Of a stretch of 64,000 nucleotides of DNA, positions 63,257 through 64,000 are shown in pieces; position 1 is the stretch's first letter; each line of letters opens with the position of its first letter. Source of the DNA: a virus; the IMG/VR virus record IMGVR_UViG_3300030339_000006. One strand, written 5' to 3'. The translations under genes and the position numbers were made by a program. Under the pieces are notes generated by a model, which saw only the letters and a list, made by a program, of their open reading frames with translations, made no database searches and was not told the origin of the DNA.

Positions 63257-64000
63257 ATGAGCTTCTCTATCTTCTCTCAAGACCAAACCGACTACCTGGA
63301 ACAGAGCATGTTCTTCGGTAAAGGGCTGAACGTCTCTCGCTTCGATGAACTGAAGTATCCGTTCATTGACAGCAACCTGACGGACCAGCAGCTGGCGTTC
63401 TTCTGGCGTCCGGAGGAGATTGACATCTCCAAGGACCGTATCGATTACAACGAACGTCTGCCACAACATGAAAAGCACATCTTTACCAGTAACCTGAAGT
63501 ACCAGACCCTGCTAGATTCCTGTCAGGGCCGCGGTATCGAACAGGCCTTCGGGAAGATCGTGTCGATACCGGAACTGGAGAACTGGTTCCTGACCTGGGC
63601 GTTCTCTGAAACGATCCACTCGCGTTCATACACGCACATCATCCGTAACCTCTTGGCCAACCCCGGCGAGATCTTCGATGATATCGTGTTGAACCCGGAG
63701 ATCACCGGGCGTGCCATTAACCTGACGGGGAACTACGACCGCTTCATCAAGTCGGTCGATCTGCACTCCCTGTTCGGTGAAGGTCACTTCGAAATCTCTA
63801 AGAAATCCCCGGGCGGTATCCTTCTGCCACAGGGCTTCGAAGACATTCAGCGTGGTCCGGATCAGATGCAACTCGTTGAGAAATTCGACGTGAGCATGCC
63901 ACAGATGATGGAAGACGCGTTCTACCTGCTGGGTGACATCAACTGCCTGGAGGCTCTCCGCTTCTACGTGTCCTTCGCGTGTTCCTTCGCCTTCGCGGAA
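63257..64000 (+). CDS. nrdB: Ribonucleotide reductase class Ia beta subunit (3'-truncated)
   Basis: Manually translated FFWRPEEI, QTLLDS.QGR, ETIHSRSYTHII, EALRFYVSFACSFAFAE. Confidence 0.97.
   Translation, partial: MSFSIFSQDQTDYLEQSMFFGKGLNVSRFDELKYPFIDSNLTDQQLAFFWRPEEIDISKDRIDYNERLPQHEKHIFTSNLKYQTLLDSCQGRGIEQAFGKIVSIPELENWFLTWAFSETIHSRSYTHIIRNLLANPGEIFDDIVLNPEITGRAINLTGNYDRFIKSVDLHSLFGEGHFEISKKSPGGILLPQGFEDIQRGPDQMQLVEKFDVSMPQMMEDAFYLLGDINCLEALRFYVSFACSFAFAE

Overview
This window is part of a large lytic dsDNA phage genome with an enterobacterial/gammaproteobacterial-type host (E. coli-like NrdA/NrdB, HU, ArfA). It is almost all + strand, densely packed, and has no capsid, tail or polymerase genes. 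It holds about 23 canonical-looking tRNAs plus about 7 aberrant tRNA-like RNAs. It also carries nucleotide-metabolism genes (NrdAB, DHFR, HD proteins, NUDIX), anti-defence genes (Acb2, Tad2-like), six P22-antirepressor-N paralogues and many tandem small-gene families. The strongest candidate for an undescribed system is a translation-termination/rescue module. A Pth2-like peptidyl-tRNA hydrolase gene starts ATG-TTA-TAG, with an in-frame amber stop at codon 3 that the ORF track misses. A phage amber-suppressor tRNA (CUA) lies 1.6 kb downstream. There is also a short stop-codon-terminated ArfA (also missed by the track), and four ORFs whose stop codons lie inside or beyond tRNAs. Other highlights: (1) a Lys/Gly/Ala-rich protein family with repeated K-[EK]-A junctions and two ADP-ribosyltransferase-fold paralogues; (2) TA-centred palindrome cassettes that mimic a palindrome inside an antirepressor gene; (3) a dispersed 168-bp palindromic repeat; (4) two phage-specific promoter-like motifs. 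All assignments come from motif recognition by eye; no database searches were run.
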